Shown piece by piece: positions 55,656 to 64,000 of a DNA stretch of 64,000 nt. The DNA is from an uncultured Rhodospirillales bacterium (GTDB taxonomy: Bacteria > Pseudomonadota > Alphaproteobacteria > RF32 > CAG-239): the NCBI GenBank assembly GCA_902778645.1, contig CACYYO010000001.1:2951-66950 (forward strand), read 5' to 3'. The notes beneath the pieces are model-generated. The model saw nothing but the letters and a program-made list of their open reading frames with translations. It searched no databases and had not been told where the DNA came from. The position numbers and the translations under genes were made by a program. Every line of letters begins with the position of its first letter. Within the stretch, counting starts at the first letter, position 1.

Positions 55656-56871
55656 CTTTTACCTCTAGGGTTTTGGGGAGGAAAATGTAATATTGTCCTA
55701 CAGCATTCATTTTACCTGCTTGCTCCAAGACGTCATCCTTACCGGATCCCCAGTAGAAATCGCCGCGAACAATACCTTTGATGGCGCCGCCGACATCTTG
55801 TGCTACGACCAGTCTTTGGATTGGTGTCGAATCGGGCGCGGTCGTTTCAAGCCACAGGAGAGCTCCCAACGGAATATAACGGCGATCAACAGCTAAACTA
55901 CGCTGCGCTGTTAAAGGAACATTTTGGGCACCCACCGGGGCAAGCGAATCGGCAATGCGATGGAAAACGTAGCGGTCGTTTTTGCTCATTTCACGTGCAG
56001 CAATATCCGGATGTTTTTTCAGCCACTGGCGAATCGCCCCCATCGATGCTTGACTTTTATCAATCAGACCTTGTGATAAAAGGATACTGCCAATTCCGGT
56101 GAACGGGCGACCGTTGTGCGCTGCAAAGCCAAGTCTGACCTGTTCTCCACTCTCAAGGTAGGCGACGGCGGATCCTTGGATTTGCATAATATTCAAATCG
56201 ACCAAATCATTTGCCCAGAGAATAACCGGTGCCGGTAAATCCATTTTTTCTATTTCCGAGCGGGTATAGTAGGGGACAAGTTTTTGTTTTTCCTCATCAA
56301 TGCGGCCGAAAATCTTTTGATTAGGGTAACGGTCATCAAAATCACCAATGTTAACCTCAATTAAATCACGCGGCTTGCCGTATATCGGGTAGGGATAGCG
56401 GTCGCTTTGCGTGCGAGAGGCTTCGAGACTTGATTCATAATAAGCCGTGAATTTTCCCTCCGGATTGTTTTTATCCAAGACAAGGTAGGGGGTGAAATAC
56501 TTATCAATAAAGAATCGTAATTCGGCAGAAGTGTCAATTTCGGTGTTTAAAAACTTTTCACACACATCACGGTAGGCGGCGGTTGGAATTTTCATTTCGG
56601 TATTAGATAAGTAAGCGGTTTTTTCCTTGAGAATTTGCTCGCATGAATATTTTATTGCCGGATAGGCCTCCATCAGTTCGTCACGATACCAGTTTTTGAG
56701 TTCTTTGTATTCAACCGGCAACAAAGTCAGCTCAGATTGAGCTTGAGGTTCATTTTCCTGGTGCTCAACGGAAAGTTTAGGCTGTTGTTGGTCTTGTTGA
56801 TCATCTTTTTGTCCGCAGCCGCCAAACAAAAAAGCTAAGAGAGTTAAATATACTAAAGTTGTGTGACGCAT
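55639..56871 (-). CDS. mltA: membrane-bound lytic murein transglycosylase A (lipoprotein)
   Basis: MltA and 3D-domain blocks are present (VAQDVGGAIKGIVRGDFYWGSG). The likely start is MRHTTLVYLTLLAFLFGGC with a lipobox-like Cys, giving a 1-nt overlap with the upstream stop (the track start is at 56898). Confidence 0.85.
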   Translation of the reverse strand: MRHTTLVYLTLLAFLFGGCGQKDDQQDQQQPKLSVEHQENEPQAQSELTLLPVEYKELKNWYRDELMEAYPAIKYSCEQILKEKTAYLSNTEMKIPTAAYRDVCEKFLNTEIDTSAELRFFIDKYFTPYLVLDKNNPEGKFTAYYESSLEASRTQSDRYPYPIYGKPRDLIEVNIGDFDDRYPNQKIFGRIDEEKQKLVPYYTRSEIEKMDLPAPVILWANDLVDLNIMQIQGSAVAYLESGEQVRLGFAAHNGRPFTGIGSILLSQGLIDKSQASMGAIRQWLKKHPDIAAREMSKNDRYVFHRIADSLAPVGAQNVPLTAQRSLAVDRRYIPLGALLWLETTAPDSTPIQRLVVAQDVGGAIKGIVRGDFYWGSGKDDVLEQAGKMNAVGQYYIFLPKTLEVKDGQAQ

Positions 56872-57521
56872 TATTTTTTCGTTGAAGTTAGAAGCCAATT
56901 GGGGTTAGTTGAGGTGATACAACGCTCAAATGTCCAGATATCCGTGATGGTTTGAACGAAGTTTTCATCACCTTCGATGACGTTATCATCTTTGTCTTTG
57001 AGTAAATTTACCTGTTCGGTTACAAATTTAACAGAAATTTTAGCGGTGTCATTTTTGTTGAGCTTAACATCGGTAATTTCTGTCTCGTTAAAACCAATCA
57101 AATCTGTCTCGGCCGTGATGTTATCTTGTTGACGTTGAGAGATTATTTTTTTGAATTTTTTAATTAATTCAGGTGCAACTAAGCTTTCTAATGTTTCTAT
57201 ATCCTGCTTGGCAAAAGCGGTCAGAATAATCTCAAAGGCTCTTTTTGCTCCGGAGATAAAAGCCTCTTTGTTAAAGGAAGGAATTTTTTGTAATTCTAAA
57301 TCCAGCGGGGATAAATCTTCTTTTGGGGTAATATCAGTCGGTTGTTTTGGGGCGTTGCGCTCGTTTTCCTTCATGATGATATCAAAAATTTTGGCGGCGC
57401 TTTCTTCGCTTAAGGGTGTTGCTTTTGGTTCTTCGGGGCGTGTGCCTAAGATACTTTTCAGTTTGCTGAAGAGAAGCATCACCACCACTAAAAGAATAAC
57501 AATATCTAAAAATTGTGCCAT
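56871..57521 (-). CDS. Tim44-like domain protein
   Basis: N-terminal TM segment. The C-terminal Tim44-like fold region is FISGAKRAFEIILTAFAKQDIETLESLVAPEL...WTFER...NPNWLL. Confidence 0.8.
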   Translation of the reverse strand: MAQFLDIVILLVVVMLLFSKLKSILGTRPEEPKATPLSEESAAKIFDIIMKENERNAPKQPTDITPKEDLSPLDLELQKIPSFNKEAFISGAKRAFEIILTAFAKQDIETLESLVAPELIKKFKKIISQRQQDNITAETDLIGFNETEITDVKLNKNDTAKISVKFVTEQVNLLKDKDDNVIEGDENFVQTITDIWTFERCITSTNPNWLLTSTKK

Positions 57522-57678
57522 CGTAATAAAAATTCCTCGTTAGATTTAATTTGTTCTCTCCTTAATATAGCGGAAATAATGGGATTATCAACCAGAAATA
57601 TTTGACGTTGAATATAAAATATGATATGCGCATATTATATTATCAATGTCTGTTAATTTTAGATTTGAAAGGTGAATT

Positions 57679-58140
57679 ATGAGTAATCAAAAAAACAATC
57701 AAGAACAACAAAATAATATGCCGCCGGTTGTTATTCATGCACAGTACATTAAGGATTTTTCTTTGGAAGTTCCTCATGCTCCGGAAATTTTTACGGAATT
57801 GACTGTCGCGCCGAAGATTGATGTGCAGGTTCAGGTAAATGCTCGCCATCTGCATGATAATTTTCATAATGTCAGTTTGAGCTATACACTTAACGGTGAT
57901 TTAAATGGCAAGAAATTATTTATTTTGGAATTGGAGTATGATGCGGTCGTATCCTTGAATGTGCCGGAAGAGCATGTTAAGCCGGTTTTGATGGTGGAGA
58001 TTCCACGGATGTTGTTCCCGTTTGTTCGTGCGATTGTCGCCAATGCTATGATTGATGGCGGCTTACCTCCGGTTATGCTGAATCCGATTGATTTTGCGTC
58101 TGTTTTGCAAAAAAATGAACAGAATCAGAAAAAACAGTAG
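57679..58140 (+). CDS. secB: protein-export chaperone SecB
   Basis: VVIHAQYIKDFSLEVPHAPEIF and PRMLFPFVRAIVANAMIDGGLPPVMLNPIDF. Confidence 0.92.
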   Translation: MSNQKNNQEQQNNMPPVVIHAQYIKDFSLEVPHAPEIFTELTVAPKIDVQVQVNARHLHDNFHNVSLSYTLNGDLNGKKLFILELEYDAVVSLNVPEEHVKPVLMVEIPRMLFPFVRAIVANAMIDGGLPPVMLNPIDFASVLQKNEQNQKKQ

Positions 58141-58193
58141 ATTTTTTGGATTTTGTGTGTTATAGCATAGCTATTCTTTCATAAAATCAGTTG

Positions 58194-58222
58194 AAAGTGA
58201 GGTAAAAGCCTCACTTTTTTTT
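58194..58222 (+). terminator. Rho-independent terminator after secB
   Basis: Stem gtgagg (58197-58202) pairs with cctcac (58209-58214), followed by tttttttt. Confidence 0.75.
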
Positions 58223-58241
58223 ATAAAAGGAATCGTAAACA

Positions 58242-58754
58242 ATGCAAGTTAAACATTATTTGTCAGATATGTTGGAGCCGGCTATCGAAAAGCTCGGTTA
58301 TGAGTGTGTTCGAATCATGACTATCGGTCAGGCGAATCCGACATTGCAGATTATGATTGATAAGACAGATGATACGGAAATTACGGTTGATGACTGTGCA
58401 AAAGTCAGCAGAGCGTTGTCGGAGATCTTGGATGAAAAAGATCCGATCGCCGATAAGTATAATCTGGAGGTTAGTTCACCGGGGCTTGACAGACCTTTGA
58501 CTAAACCGATGCACTTTAAGAAGTTTGCCGGGAATGAGGTCAAAATCGAAACAGATGAGTTGGTTGACGGTCGTAAACGTTTTAAGGGCGAACTCAAAGG
58601 AATCGAAGGCAGTGATGTTTTGCTGGTGATGGATGAAAATGTTTATCAGATTCCGTTTGATGCCATTGCAAAAGCAAAAATTGTTTTGACTGATGAGTTG
58701 CTTGCCAAGTGGGCGGCAGATCATCCGGAAACAGAAGCATTTATTGAAGATTAG
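58242..58754 (+). CDS. rimP: ribosome maturation factor RimP
   Basis: LGYECVRI, LEVSSPGLDRPL and RFKGELKG, located immediately upstream of nusA. Confidence 0.9.
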   Translation: MQVKHYLSDMLEPAIEKLGYECVRIMTIGQANPTLQIMIDKTDDTEITVDDCAKVSRALSEILDEKDPIADKYNLEVSSPGLDRPLTKPMHFKKFAGNEVKIETDELVDGRKRFKGELKGIEGSDVLLVMDENVYQIPFDAIAKAKIVLTDELLAKWAADHPETEAFIED

Positions 58755-58785
58755 TTTTAACAAAATCAAACTTTAAGAGGATAAT

Positions 58786-60309
58786 ATGGAAAATATTGAA
58801 AATATGCCGAGACCTGAAATTGTGTTAGTTGCTGATACAGTTGCTCGTGAGAAAAATATTGATAAGGAAGATGTTTTTGTAGCAATGGAAGTTGCTATTC
58901 AGAAAGCTGCTCGCTCTAAATACGGCTTTGAGCATGATATCAGAGCCGTGATTGATCGTAAAACGGGGGCGATTAATTTGTCTCGGTATCGTGAGATTGT
59001 TGATGAAATTATTGAGGAAGATGATGAATCTCAGGCCTCTAAGATTTTGTTGGAAGATGCAAAAGCATATCGTAAAGATGCTAAAGTCGGTGAATATATT
59101 ATCGATACTCTTCCGCCGATTGATTTCGGACGTATTGCCGCTCAGACAGCTAAGCAGGTTATTATGCAAAAAGTTCGTGATGCAGAGCGTAATAAACAGT
59201 TTGAAGAATACCAAGAAAAAGTCGGCACCATCGTTAACGGAACGGTTAAAAGAATTGAGTTCGGTAATGTGGTTTTAGATATCGGCAAAGCCGAGGCTAT
59301 TTTGCGCCGTGATGAAATAATTCCGAGAGAGAAATTTAAGAATGGTGATCGTGTCCGTGCTTATGTTTTGGAAGTTCGTCGCGAAAACAAAGGTCCGCAA
59401 ATTTTCTTGTCTCGTACTTGTCCTGAATTTATGGCTAAGTTATTTACGCAAGAAGTTCCTGAGATTTATGATGGTATTGTTCAGATTATGGGTGTCGCTC
59501 GTGATCCGGGATCTAAGGCTAAGTTGGCCGTTAAGGCCAATGATATGACGGTTGATGCCGTCGGGGCTTGTGTCGGTTTGCGCGGTATTCGTGTTCAGGC
59601 CGTTGTTACCGAGTTGCAAGGTGAAAAAATTGATATCGTTCCTTATTCTGAAGATAAAGCTCAATATATCGTCAGTGCTTTGGCTCCCGCAGAGGTAACA
59701 AAAGTTGTTCTTGATGAAGAAAACAATCGTATTGAGGCGGTTGTTCCTCAGGAGCAATTTTCTATTGCAATCGGTCGTCGCGGTCAGAATGTTAAGTTGG
59801 CTTCTCAGTTGTTGGGGTGCGATATTGATGTTTTGACAGAAGAACAAGAGCAAGAACGTCGATCTAATGAAAATAAAGTTCGTTCACAGCGTTTCATCGA
59901 AGCATTAGACGTTGATGAAATGATTGCACATCTCCTGATTGCCGAAGGCTTTACGACTGTTGACGAAGTTGCCATGGTTGAGTTGTCTGAATTGGCAAGT
60001 ATTGAAGGTTTTGATGAAGATGTTGCAACGGAGTTACAGGCTCGTGCTAAGGCTTATGTTGAAAATCGCAACGCCGAGTTTGTTAAACAAAGTGAAACTT
60101 TGGGAATTGATGAACAGCTGAAAACAGTTGAGGGGTTGGATCAGGATATGATTTTAACTCTGGCTAATAAAGGTGTGAAAACTTTAGAAGATTTAGCTGA
60201 TTTGGCAGCTGATGAGTTAATGGAAATGTTAGGAGAGAATGTTCTTTCCGAAACAGAGGCGAATGCGGTTGTGATGAATGCGCGTCGTCAAGCCGGTTGG
60301 TTTGAGTAA
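58786..60309 (+). CDS. nusA: transcription termination/antitermination factor NusA
   Basis: S1 domain (GTIVNGTVKRIEFGNVVLDIG), KH domains (ACVGLRGIRVQAVVTELQGEKIDIV; IGRRGQNVKLASQL) and C-terminal HhH repeats. Confidence 0.97.
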   Translation: MENIENMPRPEIVLVADTVAREKNIDKEDVFVAMEVAIQKAARSKYGFEHDIRAVIDRKTGAINLSRYREIVDEIIEEDDESQASKILLEDAKAYRKDAKVGEYIIDTLPPIDFGRIAAQTAKQVIMQKVRDAERNKQFEEYQEKVGTIVNGTVKRIEFGNVVLDIGKAEAILRRDEIIPREKFKNGDRVRAYVLEVRRENKGPQIFLSRTCPEFMAKLFTQEVPEIYDGIVQIMGVARDPGSKAKLAVKANDMTVDAVGACVGLRGIRVQAVVTELQGEKIDIVPYSEDKAQYIVSALAPAEVTKVVLDEENNRIEAVVPQEQFSIAIGRRGQNVKLASQLLGCDIDVLTEEQEQERRSNENKVRSQRFIEALDVDEMIAHLLIAEGFTTVDEVAMVELSELASIEGFDEDVATELQARAKAYVENRNAEFVKQSETLGIDEQLKTVEGLDQDMILTLANKGVKTLEDLADLAADELMEMLGENVLSETEANAVVMNARRQAGWFE

Positions 60310-60332
60310 AATTTGCAAAAGAGACTTTATGT

Positions 60333-60438
60333 TGGCGCTTTTTTCGCTTAGGTACTTTTTTGTACACCGCGCTCAAAAAGCGCTCAACAGCAAGCCTCTT
60401 TATCAAATTTTATGAGGATATCTTTATCAAATTTTATG
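60333..60438. repeat. short palindromic repeat copy (GTAC-N6-GTAC apex) plus an 18-bp direct repeat in the nusA-ylxR spacer
   Basis: The sequence ttggcgcttttttcgcttagGTACttttttGTACaccgcgctcaaaaagcgctcaa has complementary outer arms. It is followed by tctttatcaaattttatg at 60397-60414 and again at 60421-60438. Confidence 0.7.
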
Positions 60439-60458
60439 GTGAGATAAGGTATTAGAGA

Positions 60459-61055
60459 TTGAAAAAGAATGAGGACATAACGCGGAAGTGCATTGTAACA
60501 GGCGAGATTAAGGATAAATCTCAGCTGTTGCGTTTTGTGCGGACGCCGGATAATCAGATTGTTCCGGATTTGAATAAAAAACTTCCGGGCAAGGGGATTT
60601 ATGTTTCAAATTCGTATGCACTTCTCAAACAAGCAATTGAGAAAAGTTTGTTTGCTAAGGTTTTGAAAAAAAATGTGAAAGCAAATAAGGATTTGTTGCA
60701 AACGGTTGAAAATGTCTTGCATAAAAATGCGGTGAGTGCTATTTCTTTAGCAAAGAAAGCCGGTGGGGTTGTGATTGGTTTGGATAAAGTGTTGGAGGCA
60801 CTGAAAGCTGATCAGGTTTCCTTTTTGTTGGAGGCTGCAGATGCCGGTCAGGATGGTATGAAAAAGTTGCAAAAATATACGGAAAGCATGCTGACATATC
60901 GTCTGTTTAGTATTGAGGAGTTGGATAAGGCATTAGATAAAGTTAATACGGTTTATTTGGCATTTTTGAAGAAAGAGATGTCAAAGATGGTTCAAGATAA
61001 TTTTGAAAAGCTATCGGTATTTTTAAAAGATAAAAAAGATGGAGATGAATTTTAA
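60459..61055 (+). CDS. YlxR (DUF448) RNA-binding protein fused to an L7Ae-like domain
   Basis: [41 protein letters not shown], with a C-terminal [25 protein letters not shown] start; located between nusA and infB. Confidence 0.85.
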   Translation: MKKNEDITRKCIVTGEIKDKSQLLRFVRTPDNQIVPDLNKKLPGKGIYVSNSYALLKQAIEKSLFAKVLKKNVKANKDLLQTVENVLHKNAVSAISLAKKAGGVVIGLDKVLEALKADQVSFLLEAADAGQDGMKKLQKYTESMLTYRLFSIEELDKALDKVNTVYLAFLKKEMSKMVQDNFEKLSVFLKDKKDGDEF

Positions 61056-63538
61056 TGACAGATGAAAAAGCAGGTAAAAAATTAACATTATCTACTAAGT
61101 CTACTCTGACACTCAAAAATTTGGGAGATCGGGCTGCTAAGTCTGACGGTAAAAAAGTTGTGCAGGTGGAAGTCCGCAAAAAAAGAGTTATTGCTCCGGT
61201 TGCCTCGGCAGAACCAAAGGTTCAAATAGATGAAGCAACAGCGCAAAAATTGAAATTGCTCGAAAAAGCTAAGGAGCACGAGGCTAAACGTCAAAAAGAA
61301 GAAGAAGAGAAAGAGCGTCTTCGTCAACAAGAAAGAGAACAAGAGGCTCTTGAGGCTAAAGAGAAAGCCGAGCGTGAGGAAGAAGTTCGGAGACAACAAG
61401 AGGCAAAGTCGCAAAAAGAATCTGCTCAAGTAGCTCAAAAGAGTCAAAAAACAGAAAAAGAAACCTCTTTCAGACAAGAAGAAAAAGTTTTTGTTAAGCC
61501 CAAAAAGTCAAAAGATTATGATGATGACGACGATGAAGATGAGGAGCGCTTCGATAAATCATCTAAAAAAGTTTTGAGTAAAGAAGAGACTTTTGAGCAA
61601 GAGCGCAAGAAAATTATGAAACGCAGCTTTGAGCCTCAGCGTCGCGGTGGTAAGCTCAACATGAACAGCCTGATGGGGAGCAGTGATGAAGATGATGATT
61701 ACGGGTTCGGTGCGCCTCGTCGTCGGTTTAAGAAAAAGCAACCTAAACCGGTTCAGGAGCAAGCGCCGCAAGAAAAAGTTATTAAAGAGGTTGTTATTCC
61801 TGAAATCATTACCGTTCAAGAGCTGGCAAATCGTATGGCAGAAAAGAGCGCCGTTGTTATCAAAAAATTAATGGCTCTCGGGGTTATGGCAACGATTAAT
61901 CAACCGATTGACGCGGATACCGCACAGATTGTCGTTGAGGAGTTAGGTCATAAGTTTAAGAGAATTGCCGATAGTGATGTTGAATTAACCTTAAAAGGTG
62001 ATGAGGATACAGAGAAAGATTTGTTGCCCCGCCCGCCGGTTGTTACGGTTATGGGACACGTTGACCATGGTAAAACCTCTTTGCTTGATGCTCTGCGTGA
62101 GACAAATGTTGCTGCACGTGAGGCCGGTGGTATTACCCAACATATCGGTGCTTATCAAATTGAAACTAAAGACGGGCAAAAGATTACCTTTATTGATACG
62201 CCGGGACACGAAGCGTTTTCAGAAATGCGTGCTCGTGGTGCAAAAGTAACAGATATTGTTGTTTTGGTCGTGGCCGCTAACGATGGTATTATGCCGCAAA
62301 CAGTTGAGGCTATTCGTCACGCACAAGCAGCTGAAGTTCCTATTGTGGTGGCTATTAACAAGATTGATTTGCCCGGTGCCGACCCGATGCGCGTCAAGAC
62401 AGAACTCCTTAATCATGGGATTGCCGTTGAGGAAATGGGTGGAGAATCCCTGTGTGCGGAAGTTTCTGCCAAGAAGCGTATCAATATTGATAAATTGCTT
62501 GAAGCTATTTTGTTGCAGGCAGAAATTTTGGATCTGAAAGCAAATCCGAATCGTATGGCAGAGGGTGCCGTTGTTGAGGCTAAGATGGAAAAAGGTCGCG
62601 GTTCGGTTGCAACAGTGTTGGTTCAGAAAGGAACATTACATGTCGGTGATATTATTATTGCCGGTAAAGAATGGGGGCATGTTCGTGCGCTTTTGAATGA
62701 GAATGGGCATAAAGTTCATGAAGCCGGTCCGGCAACACCTGTGGAAGTCTTGGGGTTGCAGGGAACGCCGGCGGCCGGTGATAATTTTGCGGTGGCCGTT
62801 GATGAAAACCAAGCGCGTGAAATTACAAGCTATCGTATTCGTAAAGAACGTGATGCTAAGTTGGTAAAAAGTGCTAAATCGGCGATGGAACAAATGCTCG
62901 ATAAAATTAAATCCGGTGAGATTAAACATTTGCCGATTATTATCAAAGCAGATGTTCAAGGTTCTATTGAGGCAATTGAGGGGACGCTGAATAAATTCTC
63001 GAATAATGAGGTCAGTGTGCAAATTTTGCACTCGGCGGTCGGTCCGATTTCCGAATCTGATGTGACGCTGGCTAAGGCATCTAATGCGTTTATTATCGGT
63101 TTTAATGTTCGCGCTATCCCGCAGGCTCGTGATATGGCACGTCGAGATGGTATAGACATTCGCTATTATTCAATTATCTATGATGTTGCTGATGATGTGA
63201 AGAAAGCTTTGGAAGGTATGCTGTCTCCGGAACTGAAAGAAAAGATTTTAGGTTATGCAGAAATTCGTTCTGTCTTTAATATCACCGGTGTCGGTCGTGT
63301 GGCCGGCTGTATGGTGACAGAGGGTCTGGTTAAGCGCGGTTGTAAAGTTCGGTTGCTTCGTGACAACGTTGTTATTCATGACGGAAGTCTTGGACAACTA
63401 AAACGCTTTAAGGATGATGTTAAGGAAGTTAAAGACGGTTATGAGTGCGGTATGAGTTTTGAGAATTATAATGACATTCAGGTCGGAGATTCGATAGAGT
63501 GTTATGAGATTGAAACTATCGCCGCTAAGCTTGATTAA
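61055..63538 (+). CDS. infB: translation initiation factor IF-2
   Basis: E/K-rich N-terminal region, a G domain ([32 protein letters not shown]) and the C-terminal domains. Its start overlaps the upstream stop by 1 nt. Confidence 0.97.
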   Translation: MTDEKAGKKLTLSTKSTLTLKNLGDRAAKSDGKKVVQVEVRKKRVIAPVASAEPKVQIDEATAQKLKLLEKAKEHEAKRQKEEEEKERLRQQEREQEALEAKEKAEREEEVRRQQEAKSQKESAQVAQKSQKTEKETSFRQEEKVFVKPKKSKDYDDDDDEDEERFDKSSKKVLSKEETFEQERKKIMKRSFEPQRRGGKLNMNSLMGSSDEDDDYGFGAPRRRFKKKQPKPVQEQAPQEKVIKEVVIPEIITVQELANRMAEKSAVVIKKLMALGVMATINQPIDADTAQIVVEELGHKFKRIADSDVELTLKGDEDTEKDLLPRPPVVTVMGHVDHGKTSLLDALRETNVAAREAGGITQHIGAYQIETKDGQKITFIDTPGHEAFSEMRARGAKVTDIVVLVVAANDGIMPQTVEAIRHAQAAEVPIVVAINKIDLPGADPMRVKTELLNHGIAVEEMGGESLCAEVSAKKRINIDKLLEAILLQAEILDLKANPNRMAEGAVVEAKMEKGRGSVATVLVQKGTLHVGDIIIAGKEWGHVRALLNENGHKVHEAGPATPVEVLGLQGTPAAGDNFAVAVDENQAREITSYRIRKERDAKLVKSAKSAMEQMLDKIKSGEIKHLPIIIKADVQGSIEAIEGTLNKFSNNEVSVQILHSAVGPISESDVTLAKASNAFIIGFNVRAIPQARDMARRDGIDIRYYSIIYDVADDVKKALEGMLSPELKEKILGYAEIRSVFNITGVGRVAGCMVTEGLVKRGCKVRLLRDNVVIHDGSLGQLKRFKDDVKEVKDGYECGMSFENYNDIQVGDSIECYEIETIAAKLD

Positions 63539-63661
63539 TGGATTATTAGGGCGTTGTCTGCAGGTCGAAAGTGTCCTCACGTACTTTTTTGTACGCTCCG
63601 GTACTTTCGCCTTTGACGCCTACTACTAATCTCATTAATCAAGATTAATGGATTATTAGGG
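63533..63661. repeat. short palindromic repeat copy (GTAC-N6-GTAC apex) bracketed by a 19-bp direct duplication in the infB-rbfA spacer
   Basis: gattaatggattattaggg occurs at 63533-63551 and at 63643-63661. Between the two copies lies ...gtcgaaagtgtcctcacGTACttttttGTACgctccggtactttcgcctttgacgcctactactaatctcatt... The gacgcctacta..ctcatt module recurs at 28341-28362. Confidence 0.8.
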
Positions 63662-63698
63662 TGTTTCGTATTTTCTTATTACAAAGAAAGATAAAAAA

Positions 63699-64000
63699 AT
63701 GGCTATTAAGGAACAATCGCAAAGACAACTTCGGGTCGGGCAAGAGATTAAGAAGATTATTGCCGCGGAGATTGATCATGAGGAAGTGCGTAATTTGGAA
63801 GGAATTAACACGATGGTGACGATCACTGAAGTGCAGATTTCTCCGGATTTGAAGTATGCTAATGTCTATTTTATTACTTCTCACAGCGACAAAAATGAGC
63901 AAGTACGCGAAGCTTTGCAATTGGCCGCAAGCCATTTTCGCAAAGTCGTCGGACGCCGGACAACCTTGCGCTATGTGCCGGAATTTGTGTTTAGAATAGA
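63699..64000 (+). CDS. rbfA: ribosome-binding factor A (3' end beyond the window)
   Basis: Hand translation gives MAIKEQSQRQLRVGQEIKKIIAAEIDHEEVRNLEGINTMVTITEVQISPDLKYANVYF..., which is typical RbfA, downstream of infB. It is not in the track because it has no in-window stop. Confidence 0.85.
   Translation, partial: MAIKEQSQRQLRVGQEIKKIIAAEIDHEEVRNLEGINTMVTITEVQISPDLKYANVYFITSHSDKNEQVREALQLAASHFRKVVGRRTTLRYVPEFVFRI

Noticed and set aside
57620-57640. 12-bp perfect palindrome ATATGCGCATAT in the Tim44-like/secB divergent region, and searches for CtrA (TTAA-N7-TTAA) and DnaA (TTATCCACA) boxes
   Set aside because: A short palindrome in AT-rich DNA can arise by chance. I found no convincing CtrA or DnaA box matches in the intergenic regions I inspected, so no regulatory call was made.
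60397-60438. Direct repeats considered as a possible CRISPR array
   Set aside because: There are only two 18-bp units, separated by a 6-nt spacer, with no further repeats and no cas genes in the window.
61088-61477. 129-aa minus-strand ORF, plus other long antisense ORFs inside infB, nusA (58825-59214, 59440-59853), tolB (32952-33539), pyk (20933-21367), hppA, pntB and aas
   Set aside because: All lie fully inside strongly supported genes on the opposite strand or in alternative frames. Their translations are low-complexity (F/L/S-rich), as is typical of shadow ORFs.
1-64000. Search for mobile genetic elements, prophage, integrase or transposase genes, rRNA operons and toxin-antitoxin pairs
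   Set aside because: None of the ORF translations shows transposase, integrase, phage structural or TA-family motifs. The only mobile-looking sequences are the non-coding palindromic repeats reported above.

Overview
This is a gene-dense 64-kb chromosomal window that appears to come from a moderately AT-rich alphaproteobacterium. The lineage call rests on four things: a GapR/DUF2312 gene, Tim44-like/MltA/Smr opposite secB, a three-gene pntAA-pntAB-pntB transhydrogenase, and rimP-nusA-ylxR(L7Ae fusion)-infB-rbfA. I could not determine a genus.

I support about 62 protein-coding genes. Two of these are edge-truncated ORFs missing from the supplied track: a hypothetical on the minus strand at 1-1254 and rbfA at 63699-64000. 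There is one tRNA-Leu(GAG) and a set of hand-folded Rho-independent terminators. I saw no rRNA, CRISPR array, transposase, integrase or phage genes.

Most content is housekeeping:
- Information processing: recA, prfA, hisS, lepA, dnaB, rpmB, ruvX.
- Metabolism: fabI, pyk, ptsP, hppA, galU.
- Envelope and cell wall: tolB, rodZ, and peptidoglycan recycling/remodelling genes (ldcA, a Mur ligase, an AmpD-like amidase, mltA, pgeF).
- A tight cdd-punA-deoC-deoA-deoB-pgeF nucleoside catabolic operon.

Items worth a second look:
1. A tandem pair of paralogous, apparently degenerate EAL-like proteins just past the recA terminator.
2. A family of interspersed palindromic intergenic repeats that share a GTAC-N6-GTAC apex. 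Two long copies show compensatory arm changes. Short copies sit inside the nusA-infB-rbfA operon spacers, and one is bracketed by a 19-bp direct duplication containing the infB stop codon.
3. A metallothionein-like Cys/His-rich 87-aa ORF between two YcgN (UPF0260) cysteine-cluster paralogs.
4. A terminator-capped structured RNA candidate upstream of an XRE regulator.
5. A domain-1-only, motif-degenerate DEAD-box-like gene.
6. A long, motif-divergent membrane pyrophosphatase.

All calls come from reading the sequence and translations by eye. No database search was run.
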